This document shows positions 29,524-38,666 of a DNA stretch of 64,000 nucleotides, in pieces. Positions within the stretch are counted from its first letter, which is position 1. Each line of letters opens with the position of its first letter. The notes under the pieces are model-generated. The model saw only the letters and a program-made list of their open reading frames with translations, did not search any database and was not told where the DNA came from. Position numbers and translations under genes: made by a program. The DNA is taken from positions 517 to 64,516 of the forward strand of contig BTWA01000034.1 in assembly GCA_045863295.1 (NCBI GenBank), given 5' to 3'. Source of the DNA: Candidatus Hydrogenedentota bacterium. GTDB taxonomy: Bacteria > Hydrogenedentota > Hydrogenedentia > Hydrogenedentales > SLHB01.

Positions 29524-30776
29524 TGGATCCGCTCGCCTTCTTTCGCGAGAAAGCAGTGCGAAACCTGATTGACCGTGCCTCTGAGGCAGCCTCCACACCC
29601 GTCAGCATCCACTTTCGTGATCTCGACGAAGAAGGGGTTCGAATCCTCGGAACCGGCCAATGCGAGGCCTGCCGGTATGTATCCTCCATCAATGGCGGCC
29701 GTGCCGCGTGCCGTGCCTCGCGCGACCAAGCCTCCAGCGAGGCATTGCGAACTCGCCACCCCGTTACCTTTTTGTGCCATATGGGGTTTGCCTGCGTGGT
29801 AGCCCCCGCGCTACCCGAGGCCGATATGGCCTTCACCCTTACCTTTGGACCCTACTGTCCGGCGGAGGCGCCCGAACTGCTTGAACAGGATGCACTTGCA
29901 GGTCTGCGTTCACTTCGCTTGGGGCACGACGAATTTCCGGTCAAGCTGACCGATATCGCCGTTTTGCGAGCGCCCGCGGTACCCACCGTGGCCCAGTGGA
30001 CCATGGAAGCCTTGGCATCGGCCTGGAGCGATCGGCGAGACACACCGGCGCCCGGCCCTTCCCCGGAAACCAATGTTCCTCCCGCGCCACGCAGACGCGC
30101 CCGTCCGCGCCAGGCGCTCGTGGATCAGGCATTGCCAGGCTCTACCATTGCGGCGGCGTTGGCTTCCGGCAATCAGCCCCTGGCCACCCGAACCATGCGC
30201 TCCGTGCTCGCGGAATCCATCGCAGGCACAAAAGCAGGCGTAGGCGTTGTTCGCGGGCGAACCTTGGCCCTTGCCGGATCGATAATCGAATCCCTCGAAA
30301 CCGCCAAACAGCCCTGTCTCGGGGTTTGGGACGCGTATCCCGCATTTGCCGAGGCGGTCCGCGAGGCGCAAACGGGATCAGAATGCCTCCGCGCGTTGTT
30401 AACTCTATTCGGCCCCATTTTGCGGATTCAGCGGGCCGCCAAAGCAGGAGATGACCTGTTGGGCATTTTGAACCAGTTAATTGCGGATCGCCTGCCCGAC
30501 GACTTGACGTTGGAAGAAGTAGCTGAACGATTGAACCGGCACCCGACGGCCATCACACACCAGTTGCAGCGCAAGTATGGCATGTCGTATTCGCAGTATA
30601 TTGGCCGGCTGCGCCTGGAACAGGCCAAGGAATTGCTCCGGCGTACGCGCCTGTCCGTAGGCGATGTGGGCCGGCGTGTCGGCATTGACGATCAGAGCAA
30701 CTTCAGCAAATTGTTCCGGAAATTTGAAGGGCAGTCGCCCCAGGCGTACCGGCAGCAATTCAGGAAGAAGTCATGA
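29520..30776 (+). CDS. AraC-family regulator with N-terminal Cys-rich PocR-like sensor domain
   Basis: CEAC...ACRAS...FLCHMGF...FGPYC N-terminus; C-terminal double HTH (LEQAKELL...VGIDDQSNFSKLFRKFEGQSPQAYR); GTGA overlap with the MBL gene. Confidence 0.87.
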   Translation: MMDPLAFFREKAVRNLIDRASEAASTPVSIHFRDLDEEGVRILGTGQCEACRYVSSINGGRAACRASRDQASSEALRTRHPVTFLCHMGFACVVAPALPEADMAFTLTFGPYCPAEAPELLEQDALAGLRSLRLGHDEFPVKLTDIAVLRAPAVPTVAQWTMEALASAWSDRRDTPAPGPSPETNVPPAPRRRARPRQALVDQALPGSTIAAALASGNQPLATRTMRSVLAESIAGTKAGVGVVRGRTLALAGSIIESLETAKQPCLGVWDAYPAFAEAVREAQTGSECLRALLTLFGPILRIQRAAKAGDDLLGILNQLIADRLPDDLTLEEVAERLNRHPTAITHQLQRKYGMSYSQYIGRLRLEQAKELLRRTRLSVGDVGRRVGIDDQSNFSKLFRKFEGQSPQAYRQQFRKKS

Positions 30777-30925
30777 GTTTCATGGACAAAGTCAAAGCAT
30801 GGTGGACCCGGCTGCGCGCCCCCGGCGAGTTTCTTTGCGACAGTTGTAAGTACGACTATCCATCGGCGTGCCGTCGCCCGGAACGTCCGAACGCCACTCA
30901 GTGCCCGGATTACAAGCGGCGTTAA
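30773..30925 (+). CDS. 50-aa Cys-rich microprotein (C-x2-C-x7-C-x10-C), not in ORF track
   Basis: Hand translation MSFMDKVKAWWTRLRAPGEFLCDSCKYDYPSACRRPERPNATQCPDYKRR*; ATGA overlap with the AraC stop; AGGAAG upstream. Confidence 0.75.
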   Translation: MSFMDKVKAWWTRLRAPGEFLCDSCKYDYPSACRRPERPNATQCPDYKRR

Positions 30926-30928
30926 CCC

Positions 30929-31017
30929 GCATTTTGCACCACGCTTAAATCATGCGTGGAAGACTGAAGTACGGTCTCTGCGGAAGACTGAAGTACAGTC
31001 TCCGTGGTGTAAAATGC
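30929..31017 (+). repeat. Inverted-repeat-bounded element (REP/MITE-like) with two 24-bp hairpin units, copy 1
   Basis: Ends GCATTTTGCACCACG / CGTGGTGTAAAATGC (14/15 inverted match); internal units GGAAGACTGAAGTAC[GA]GTCTC; near-identical copy at 63913. Confidence 0.9.
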
Positions 31018-31240
31018 TCACACAGAATTCCTTAAGCTTGAAACGCTTAGGATATTTCACGTGCACACTGTAAGTGCGCCAGTTTTGGTAACAGGCCGGT
31101 TGAATTGTTGTTACACAGCTAATTGGACAAAGCCGTGAAATATCCGGGTTAATGGCGGACCTCTCCGCTATTTGTCCACTGCAGGCGCAATACGGTATCG
31201 TTAGAGCGCGGGTAACCGCTCGGGAAGGAACGGGCGTTGC

Positions 31241-31675
31241 GTGGGTAAAGTGATTTATACCAGAGAATTGCCCAGCACCATGGAAGCCGTGGGCGACACG
31301 CTGAAAGACGCGCTGGAGGCTTTGCGCCGACACGACTGGATCGCGCCGGATCAGGAATTCTATGCGCGCCTGTGCCTCGAAGAGGCCCTGGTCAATGCCG
31401 TCACTCATGGCAATTGCAGCGACGCATGCCGCACGATTCATCTGGATATGCGCGAGGACGACACCGGCGAGTATTGCGTCATCCGCGTACGCGATGAAGG
31501 GTGCGGTTTTACGCCCGATGAGATCCAGTTACCCGAAATCAATCAACCTAACGGCCGCGGCATTTGCCTCATCCGGTATTGCATGTCCGAAGTGAAGTTT
31601 GACGAAAAGGACCACTGCCTGATCATGAAGATGCGCCGCAAAGGCCTTTGCCAAGGAGACAAAGTACATGGATAA
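31241..31675 (+). CDS. Anti-sigma factor / RsbW-like Ser kinase (HATPase_c)
   Basis: LEEALVNAVTHGN, VRDEGCGF, NGRGICLI. Confidence 0.92.
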   Translation: MGKVIYTRELPSTMEAVGDTLKDALEALRRHDWIAPDQEFYARLCLEEALVNAVTHGNCSDACRTIHLDMREDDTGEYCVIRVRDEGCGFTPDEIQLPEINQPNGRGICLIRYCMSEVKFDEKDHCLIMKMRRKGLCQGDKVHG

Positions 31676-32084
31676 ACCGCAACCGATCGTCGAGTTTTCC
31701 GAACGGGGTGTGATAACGATCGGCGATATTCAAGCGGCCAGCGTGCTGGACGCGTTGAACGTGGACCAGTTCGGCAAGGAGGTCCTTGCCCATGTCCATG
31801 CGAATCCCGGTATCAACTTGCTGCTGAATTTCGAAAAAGTGGAATACTTGTCCAGCGCCGTGCTCACGGAATTGATTCGAATCAATCAGGCATGTACGGA
31901 AACGGGCGGCCACGTCCGGTTGTGCGCATTAAACAGTAACGTGAAGAAAGTCTTTGAGATCACCAATCTCGACAAGTTTTTCGTCGTGTACGACGAGGCC
32001 GAAGGGGCCGTAAAGCGTTTTGCCCGGTCGCTCGCCATCGAAGCCGACGAACAGTCCTGGACGGACATCACAAAGGACATGTAA
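31668..32084 (+). CDS. STAS anti-anti-sigma factor (RsbV/SpoIIAA-like)
   Basis: LNFEKVEYLSSAVL phospho-Ser motif, VKKVFEITNLDKFF; overlaps the kinase gene. Confidence 0.92.
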   Translation: MDKPQPIVEFSERGVITIGDIQAASVLDALNVDQFGKEVLAHVHANPGINLLLNFEKVEYLSSAVLTELIRINQACTETGGHVRLCALNSNVKKVFEITNLDKFFVVYDEAEGAVKRFARSLAIEADEQSWTDITKDM

Positions 32085-32247
32085 ACCCGGCGGCGCGGAC
32101 GTTTCGCGCACCGTTTGTTTGGGGATGTTCCCACGCGACAGGCGCAGTGCCTTACATTCTGCCGGGCCGCCTCCGGATTTGGATCTCGACCGGCAGCGAA
32201 GGATGGGCTACTCGTCCGCGCCAATTCGAACCCTACTGCAAAACCAT

Positions 32248-34227
32248 ATGGCAAGACTCCGTTTCCAAACCCGGCTGAGCCTGGCCATGGGCCTGCTCAT
32301 CGTCATTTCGGTTGCCCTGCTCACGGGGCTCAACCTGTGGGCCGTCTTGTCTTCGCTCGGCGAACAATACATGAAGACCGGTGCGACCATCACCAAACTG
32401 GCCACGCGCAATATCCAGTACGGCGTTACCGTACCCGAAAAGGTCATGGATCGCGTGGGCGAACAAATGGTCGTAAGCGCCCTGCTCGTATCTGAGTTGG
32501 TGGCCATTGCCGAAAACCGCGCCGGCATGTCCCATGAGGAAATCACCGCCACCCTCGGCCGAGTCAAGGAACATGCCATCACCGTTCGCGGCTATCCCCT
32601 GATCGACGACTTCTGGGTCACCGACGAAGAAGGCCGGATTTACATTGGCGCTGGCGAGGAAATCGACTTCCGCTTTACTCCAGATCCCGCACGCAACCCC
32701 CAGGCGTATGTCTTCTATCCGTTGCTGCAAGGCCTGCAAGATACGGTTATTCAGGACTTTCAGGAACGCGACAAAGACGGCAGGCGATTCAAATACGTGG
32801 GAGTCCGCGGCGTGGACAAGCCCCGAATTGTCCAGGCTGGCGTCGGAGAGCAGCTTGTGCGGGGCGTGCAGGACGAATTCGCAGTGCAGGGAATCCTCAA
32901 TCAGTTCATGGCCGAAATCGATGTTTCCCGCATGATTGTCGTGGACGAAACCGCCCAGGTGATTGCCGCGGCCGAGAAGCCCGGGGCAACGTTGGACCCG
33001 GCCATGCGCCGCACCATCATTGCGTTTTGCCAACGATTTCTCGAACGCGACGGGCCGGAACCGATCGATGCCATGATGGTCGGCACCGATTTCGGTGTCG
33101 TGTCCAGACTCACACCAGACGGATCGTCCAAAGCGATGGCGCTCTTCATTCAACATCGCACCGACGACGGTGCGCGTCTGATCAACCGCACCATTCGTTA
33201 CGTGGCGGGCGTGGGCATCGGCACAATCCTGGTCGCCGTCATTATGATTATGTTTATGAGCAGGGGCCTGTCCAAGCCCATCAATCAGCTAGTAAACGGC
33301 GCTATCGAAATCGGAAAAGGCAACCTCGACTACCGGGTCAAACTCGATTCAAAGGATGAGATCGAAACGCTGGCACGCGCCTTCAACAGCATGAGCGTGT
33401 CGCTGCAACGCCACATGCGCGATCTGAAAGAAGAAACCCAACTGCGCGAACGTCTGGAAAGCGAACTGCGCATTGCCTCCGAACTCCAACGCGCGCTTCT
33501 GCCCGCCGAGCCGCCCCGGTTTCCGAACCTTGGCATTGCCGCATGGACCCAACCTGCCCGTGAAGTCGGGGGCGATTTCTACGATTTCATCCCAATGGGA
33601 CCGCATCGGATGGGCATCGCGATCGGCGACGCCACCGGAAAAGGGTTGCCCGCCGCGCTTCTGCTCACGGAGTGTTGGAGCGTATTTCGCGCACTTGCCA
33701 AGGAAACAGACTCTCCCGCCGAATTGCTGGTGCGCACCAATCGCGCGCTATGCGAGCGTGTAGATGAAACTGGCCGCTTTGTCACGGTGTTTTTCATGAT
33801 TGTGGACACGCAGGCCGGCGAAATCCGCTACGCCCAGGGTGGACACAATCCTCCCGTCATGATTCAGCGCGTGACAGGCCAACGCCTGTGGCTGAAGAGT
33901 CAGAAAGGCCTTCCGCTCGGCATCGACCGGCGCTGCATCTTCGAGGAAACGCGCGTACCCTTCTCCGCGCACGACACCATCATCCTCTACAGCGATGGCA
34001 TTACGGAAGCGCGGGGATTGGACGGTGCCCTGTATGGGGATCAGCGTTTGCTGCAGACGGCACTCGACGGAGAAGGCGATTCGTTGGAAGGATTCCTGAT
34101 CCGGTTGCGCTCAGACATCGAACAACATGTCAACGGCGCGGATCAATCCGACGACATGACACTCGTGGTCGTGCGCTACGAACCGGAAGACGTAAAGGCA
34201 GTCGATCCCGGGCTGGAACCCGTCTGA
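32248..34227 (+). CDS. Membrane sensor PP2C/SpoIIE phosphatase (Cache-like, HAMP, PP2C)
   Basis: Two TM helices around an extracytoplasmic domain; HAMP (DEIETLARAFNSM); VGGDFYD, GDATGKG, YSDGITEA, DDMT. Confidence 0.93.
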   Translation: MARLRFQTRLSLAMGLLIVISVALLTGLNLWAVLSSLGEQYMKTGATITKLATRNIQYGVTVPEKVMDRVGEQMVVSALLVSELVAIAENRAGMSHEEITATLGRVKEHAITVRGYPLIDDFWVTDEEGRIYIGAGEEIDFRFTPDPARNPQAYVFYPLLQGLQDTVIQDFQERDKDGRRFKYVGVRGVDKPRIVQAGVGEQLVRGVQDEFAVQGILNQFMAEIDVSRMIVVDETAQVIAAAEKPGATLDPAMRRTIIAFCQRFLERDGPEPIDAMMVGTDFGVVSRLTPDGSSKAMALFIQHRTDDGARLINRTIRYVAGVGIGTILVAVIMIMFMSRGLSKPINQLVNGAIEIGKGNLDYRVKLDSKDEIETLARAFNSMSVSLQRHMRDLKEETQLRERLESELRIASELQRALLPAEPPRFPNLGIAAWTQPAREVGGDFYDFIPMGPHRMGIAIGDATGKGLPAALLLTECWSVFRALAKETDSPAELLVRTNRALCERVDETGRFVTVFFMIVDTQAGEIRYAQGGHNPPVMIQRVTGQRLWLKSQKGLPLGIDRRCIFEETRVPFSAHDTIILYSDGITEARGLDGALYGDQRLLQTALDGEGDSLEGFLIRLRSDIEQHVNGADQSDDMTLVVVRYEPEDVKAVDPGLEPV

Positions 34228-34365
34228 TTTCCGTTCCTCGCAAGAAGGACAACAAGCATCAAGCAATTGCCGTAAGGTGTAAAGCCTTCGCGCAGGTGGC
34301 GCCTCCGGTTCTGCAGGCGACGGCAATGGCGAGTACCGAAGGCATACGTTGCCTCGGAATCCGGT

Positions 34366-35988
34366 TCACCCTGCCGTATCCACACTTACATCAAACCGTC
34401 TGAACGCCCACGCGACGCCCGGAACAACTGCGCAGGCGAGAGCCGCAAAGGTCACCCATGCGCCGGCTATTCCAGCCGCCTGGCTGTGCGAAATGCCCAG
34501 CACAACCGCCCATACGCCCGCTGCGGGAAGCGCCGAGACGAATATGAATGCCATTTTCGCCATCACCAACATCATCTGCTTGCCGAACAACTGGAAATCA
34601 CCAGGACTGAACGCCGCCACCCGCGATGGAAACAGCAGGAACATGAAGTTTTCCAGGCCAAACAGAACTAGATTCAGCGGAAGCGTAAACGGAACGATGA
34701 CCAACAACATCGGGCTGAATCCCGCCGCCGTCATTGCCACGATGACAACGGTCTGTAACACAGTCGCCAGCATCACAGGCACCAGTACTTGCCCCATCGC
34801 CACGGCCGCAGGCCGGAGGGGCAGCGCTTTCAGCCAGTCCATCTGATCGAGATCCGTGCGGAAATCGTACCGGATCATCATGCTCAGCATCATCGTGACC
34901 CAGAAAAGTATTCCCCCCACAAACATGGTCATCCGCATGGGATCGGAAGACACGTGACCATCTTGCATCACCAGCACCGGAACCGAACCGGCCGTGCCCA
35001 TCAGCACCAGCATGAACATCAAACTCCGCGCATTGCGGTAGGCATTGGTGCACTGCCGCCACATCACCGGACCCGCTCCCAACAACCACGGCAACGACGG
35101 CACGCTCCGGGTTGCCGTCGCGCGAGCCGACTGCGCCATGCCGCTTCGCCGTGCACGCTCCATTTGGTTCGTCACCTTCTGGCTTACGTTGACCGCCGTC
35201 TCCCGGTACTCCGCGTCCAAGAACAGAATGAACGCCGCCAAGACCCCGTTAATGCCCAGCGTGACGCCAAACCACAAGCCGAACTCGCCCCATGTCGCCG
35301 AGGCTATCGCGCGGCCAAACGGCTGCAGCGGCAGCAGCAGATACTTCAACACAGCCGACGCCTGAACACCGTCCAGCACGGAGGTAAACCCGCCCGCGCG
35401 CCGCATGGAAAGTACCTGGCCAAGGCCGATCGCCAGAACAATGAGAAACAACGTCACCAACCGCTTGCGAAATGCCGTATAAGCCCGTTCGTTGACCGTC
35501 TGGCCCAGCAACAGCGCCGACATCGTAAAAAGCTGAACGAAGAGCAACGACGAGAACAGACCTACATACGCCTTTCCCCAAGACCCCGTGTACCTCGCGA
35601 TGAATACGGAAAACACGAGCGCACCCATCGCCGTGCTGAGCAAAATACCCAACAACTTGTACGTCAACAGTTGCCGCCGCGTAAATGGGCCCGGAAATAA
35701 AAACTCTACTTCACCCGGGCTGAAGTAGATAGCCTTGTCACCGGCCGACGTGCCCACATACAGCACCGACATCGTGATCATGAACAACGACGTCATCGCA
35801 ATAATCCGCGCAGGATCGGCGGGCTGTGTATTGAACGACATCACCAGACTTGGCAGAAGCCATGTGGAAAACATGAACAAACCAAAGCCGAAAAACAACG
35901 CGCCTTTGACGGTGCGCACGCCCCGAAACATGCGCCGGCCCATGGCGCGCCACCGAAGCCGGTTCAAATAGATGAGTGCGGGAGGCAC
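34366..35988 (-). CDS. Putative ABC exporter permease
   Basis: About 12 TM segments, EVEFLFPGPFTRRQLL, LKALPL; follows the ABC ATPase. Confidence 0.85.
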   Translation of the reverse strand: MPPALIYLNRLRWRAMGRRMFRGVRTVKGALFFGFGLFMFSTWLLPSLVMSFNTQPADPARIIAMTSLFMITMSVLYVGTSAGDKAIYFSPGEVEFLFPGPFTRRQLLTYKLLGILLSTAMGALVFSVFIARYTGSWGKAYVGLFSSLLFVQLFTMSALLLGQTVNERAYTAFRKRLVTLFLIVLAIGLGQVLSMRRAGGFTSVLDGVQASAVLKYLLLPLQPFGRAIASATWGEFGLWFGVTLGINGVLAAFILFLDAEYRETAVNVSQKVTNQMERARRSGMAQSARATATRSVPSLPWLLGAGPVMWRQCTNAYRNARSLMFMLVLMGTAGSVPVLVMQDGHVSSDPMRMTMFVGGILFWVTMMLSMMIRYDFRTDLDQMDWLKALPLRPAAVAMGQVLVPVMLATVLQTVVIVAMTAAGFSPMLLVIVPFTLPLNLVLFGLENFMFLLFPSRVAAFSPGDFQLFGKQMMLVMAKMAFIFVSALPAAGVWAVVLGISHSQAAGIAGAWVTFAALACAVVPGVAWAFRRFDVSVDTAG

Positions 35989-36000
35989 GAATTCAATTCC

Positions 36001-36768
36001 TCAAGGTTTCCGCGCTTCTTGGTGCAGATCAGGCACTGTTTCGCCGCCCCCTTCCGTCACGCGGAAGAAAATCTCCTCCAGCGACGTGGACGCGTCTCCC
36101 TCGGCGAAAGTAGCCCTCACGTCTTCGATACGTCCGAAAAAGAGCGATTGGCCGCGATGCAGGATGAGCAGATGCGTACACACGTCCTCGACCAGTTCCA
36201 GCAAGTGAGAGCTCACAATGACCGCGGCCCCGTCGCGCGCGCGTTGTTCTACTGAATCTTTCATCGTGCGGATACCGCGCGGATCAAGGCCGGTATGCGG
36301 TTCGTCAAACATAATCAGTTTCGGATCGTGTAGATACGCGCAGCATATCGCTACTTTCTGCCGCATCCCGCGCGAAAGCTCGTGCGCCAGTGTGTTCCGC
36401 TTCTCAAGAAGCTCGAACTGGCCCAGCAGCGTCTCCGCCTTTCTTTGCCAATCCGCCACATGATAAGCCTTAGCGATAAACTGCAGATGTTCGAAAACAG
36501 TCAATGTCTCAAACAGCTTCGGATCATCCGGCACATAGGCGAGTTGCTGCTTGGCGTGAATGGAGTCTTTTACGATGTCGTGGCCCGCGACCTTGAGCGT
36601 TCCCTGGGTCGGAGGGATGATGCCGGCGATGCTGCGTAATGTCGAGGTCTTGCCCGCCCCGTTGGGGCCAAGCAATCCCATGATCGCACCCGGCTCGATT
36701 GAAAACGACAAATCTTTCACGGCCAGCGTGCCGCGGTAGGCTTTTTGAAATCCAGTAACTTCCAGCAC
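36001..36768 (-). CDS. ABC transporter ATP-binding protein
   Basis: GPNGAGKTS, LSRGMRQK, FDEPHTGLDP, SSHLL; GTG start chosen because ATG 36813 lies inside the upstream hairpin. Confidence 0.93.
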   Translation of the reverse strand: MLEVTGFQKAYRGTLAVKDLSFSIEPGAIMGLLGPNGAGKTSTLRSIAGIIPPTQGTLKVAGHDIVKDSIHAKQQLAYVPDDPKLFETLTVFEHLQFIAKAYHVADWQRKAETLLGQFELLEKRNTLAHELSRGMRQKVAICCAYLHDPKLIMFDEPHTGLDPRGIRTMKDSVEQRARDGAAVIVSSHLLELVEDVCTHLLILHRGQSLFFGRIEDVRATFAEGDASTSLEEIFFRVTEGGGETVPDLHQEARKP

Positions 36769-36806
36769 GGCCCAACCTCTTTTCGGTTCGCGCAACAAAG
36801 TGAGAA

Positions 36807-36847
36807 CCCGCATTTCCGGCCGCGCGCAACGCGGCAGGAAATGCGGG
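36807..36847 (-). terminator. Long hairpin after rplS, probable terminator
   Basis: CCCGCATTTCC/GGAAATGCGGG outer stem with GCCGCG/CGCGGC inner stem, then TTCTCACTTT on the minus strand. Confidence 0.6.
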
Positions 36848-36882
36848 CAGGATTCTTCCCGGCGGATGCAGGCAACCGCCCG

Positions 36883-37314
36883 TTATTCTGTCGCGTCGGC
36901 CTTGCTTTTGGCGCTGCGAGCGGCCTGGTTCTTCTGCGCGGCCGCTTCGCGTTCCGCCGCAGACCGTTCCCGCCGCTTCACGCGGGCCGCCTTGCCCGCG
37001 CGCTCGCGCAGGTAATACAGCTTCGCGCGCCGCACTTTGCCTTCGCGCGTCACTTCCACTTTTTCCACCCGCGGCGAATGCAGGGGGAACACACGCTCCA
37101 CGCCTTCGTTGAACGCGACCCGGCGCACCGTGAACTTGCCCGCGGGGCCTTCGCCGCCTGTGCGCGAAATCACCACGCCTTCAAACACCTGGATGCGCTC
37201 TTTTTCGCCTTCCACAATGCGGAAATGCACGCGCACCGTGTCGCCCACGGCAAATTGAGGCACTTGATCGGGGGTCTTGCACTCCCCGCGCGAAAACTTT
37301 TCCAACAGGTTCAC
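36883..37314 (-). CDS. rplS: 50S ribosomal protein L19
   Basis: [42 protein letters not shown]. Confidence 0.98.
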   Translation of the reverse strand: MNLLEKFSRGECKTPDQVPQFAVGDTVRVHFRIVEGEKERIQVFEGVVISRTGGEGPAGKFTVRRVAFNEGVERVFPLHSPRVEKVEVTREGKVRRAKLYYLRERAGKAARVKRRERSAAEREAAAQKNQAARSAKSKADATE

Positions 37315-37394
37315 GGTTCACTCTCCTCTTGTCCGCACGCATGCGAATCGCGTGCGTGACCAGCTTGTATCGTTGCCCCGAAGGGGCTCTCGTT

Positions 37395-38126
37395 TCAGTG
37401 CGGTTCTTCCCGCTTAATTTCTTCAACCAGCGCGGCATCCGCCTCGCTAAGATTTGCCAACAAATCCGGCCGCCGCGCGCGTGTAACGCGCAACGCCTCT
37501 TTGCGCCGCCAACGAGCTATCGCCGCATGGTTGCCTTGCCGGATCACCTCCGGCACCGCCATGCCACGGAATTCCGGCGGACGTGTGTACTGCGGCGCGC
37601 CCAGCAGGCCACCGTAAAACGAATCCGTCTCCACCGATTCCCAATCGCCAATCACCCCCGGCAACATCCGGCTTACCGCCTCTATGATGACCAGCGCCGG
37701 CAATTCGCCGCCACTCAACACGTAGTCGCCGATGGACAACTCGTCGGTCACAAGACCCTGGCTCACGCGTTCGTCCACGCCTTCATACCGGCCGCAAATC
37801 AGAACCATATCCGGTCCTGCGGCCAGTTCGCGCGCAACGGTCTGCTCAAAACGTCTGCCCCGGGGCGACAACAAGATCACGCGCTCCAGCGTATTCTTCC
37901 CGCGAAGGCTCTCCACCGCCGCGAACAACGGCTCGCACATCATCACCATGCCAGGACCGCCACCGTACGGCGCATCGTCCACCGTGCGGTGCTTGTCCGT
38001 GGCAAATTCGCGCGGATTGGTTACCTCCACGGACAACGCGCCATTTTCGATCGCCTTTCCCAGCAGGCTCACCCTCAATGGGGCCTCAAAAAACTCGGGG
38101 AACAGGCTGACCACGTCAATCCGCAT
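37395..38126 (-). CDS. trmD: tRNA (guanine37-N1)-methyltransferase
   Basis: VDDAPYGGGPGM, CGRYEGVDER, SIGDYVLSGGE, YTRP. Confidence 0.98.
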   Translation of the reverse strand: MRIDVVSLFPEFFEAPLRVSLLGKAIENGALSVEVTNPREFATDKHRTVDDAPYGGGPGMVMMCEPLFAAVESLRGKNTLERVILLSPRGRRFEQTVARELAAGPDMVLICGRYEGVDERVSQGLVTDELSIGDYVLSGGELPALVIIEAVSRMLPGVIGDWESVETDSFYGGLLGAPQYTRPPEFRGMAVPEVIRQGNHAAIARWRRKEALRVTRARRPDLLANLSEADAALVEEIKREEPH

Positions 38127-38652
38127 CGTCAACGCCTTCTTCCACGGCAAACCCGGCAATGTCTCGCACAAACACCTTCGACGATTCCGCGTCGACAGCG
38201 TCGACCACTTCGTTCACCAGCGGCAAAAGAAACGGCCGTCCATGCTCTGATTCAACTTGTATCGCCGCGTTGTACGCGGTCTCGTAAACGTCCGTTATCT
38301 CTCCGAGATCCAGCCCGTCCACGCCCACTACCCGAAAGCCGATAAGCTCGCTCGCCTTGATTGGCGTGGTGTCCGTTTCCAGCAGGGAATCCTCGCTGGC
38401 CAGCACCGCGGCATGCCGCATCCGGCCTATCAGATCCCGGGGCACCCCCGGTGTCAACTGCACGATCGCTTCCTGGAGGTGAAACCGCACCCCCTGCACA
38501 CGGCAGGGAACGGGCTCCTCGTTCGCAATGGCCACAAACACCATGCCAGCCGTTTCGATCCACGCACGGTATGGGCCTTCCAGATTCACGCGCAGTTCGC
38601 GACGGACCGCATGGACCGACCGCACCACGCCGACGCGTTTCATGGCGGTCAT
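38116..38652 (-). CDS. rimM: 16S rRNA processing protein RimM
   Basis: Position between khpA and trmD; ELIGFRV...LGEITDV...FLLPLV PRC barrel; divergent sequence. Confidence 0.85.
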   Translation of the reverse strand: MTAMKRVGVVRSVHAVRRELRVNLEGPYRAWIETAGMVFVAIANEEPVPCRVQGVRFHLQEAIVQLTPGVPRDLIGRMRHAAVLASEDSLLETDTTPIKASELIGFRVVGVDGLDLGEITDVYETAYNAAIQVESEHGRPFLLPLVNEVVDAVDAESSKVFVRDIAGFAVEEGVDDAD

Positions 38653-38666
38653 CCCGCGCGCCCGCG

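Noticed and set aside
30958-31005. Type IIS sites GAAGAC (BbsI) and GGTCTC (BsaI) inside the repeat, suggesting a synthetic cloning scar
   Set aside because: The sites are part of a natural-looking palindrome present at two loci with degenerate variants; there is no vector sequence
30950-31441. 163-aa minus-strand ORF running into the repeat element
   Set aside because: Overlaps the RsbW-like gene antisense and has no transposase or other recognisable motif
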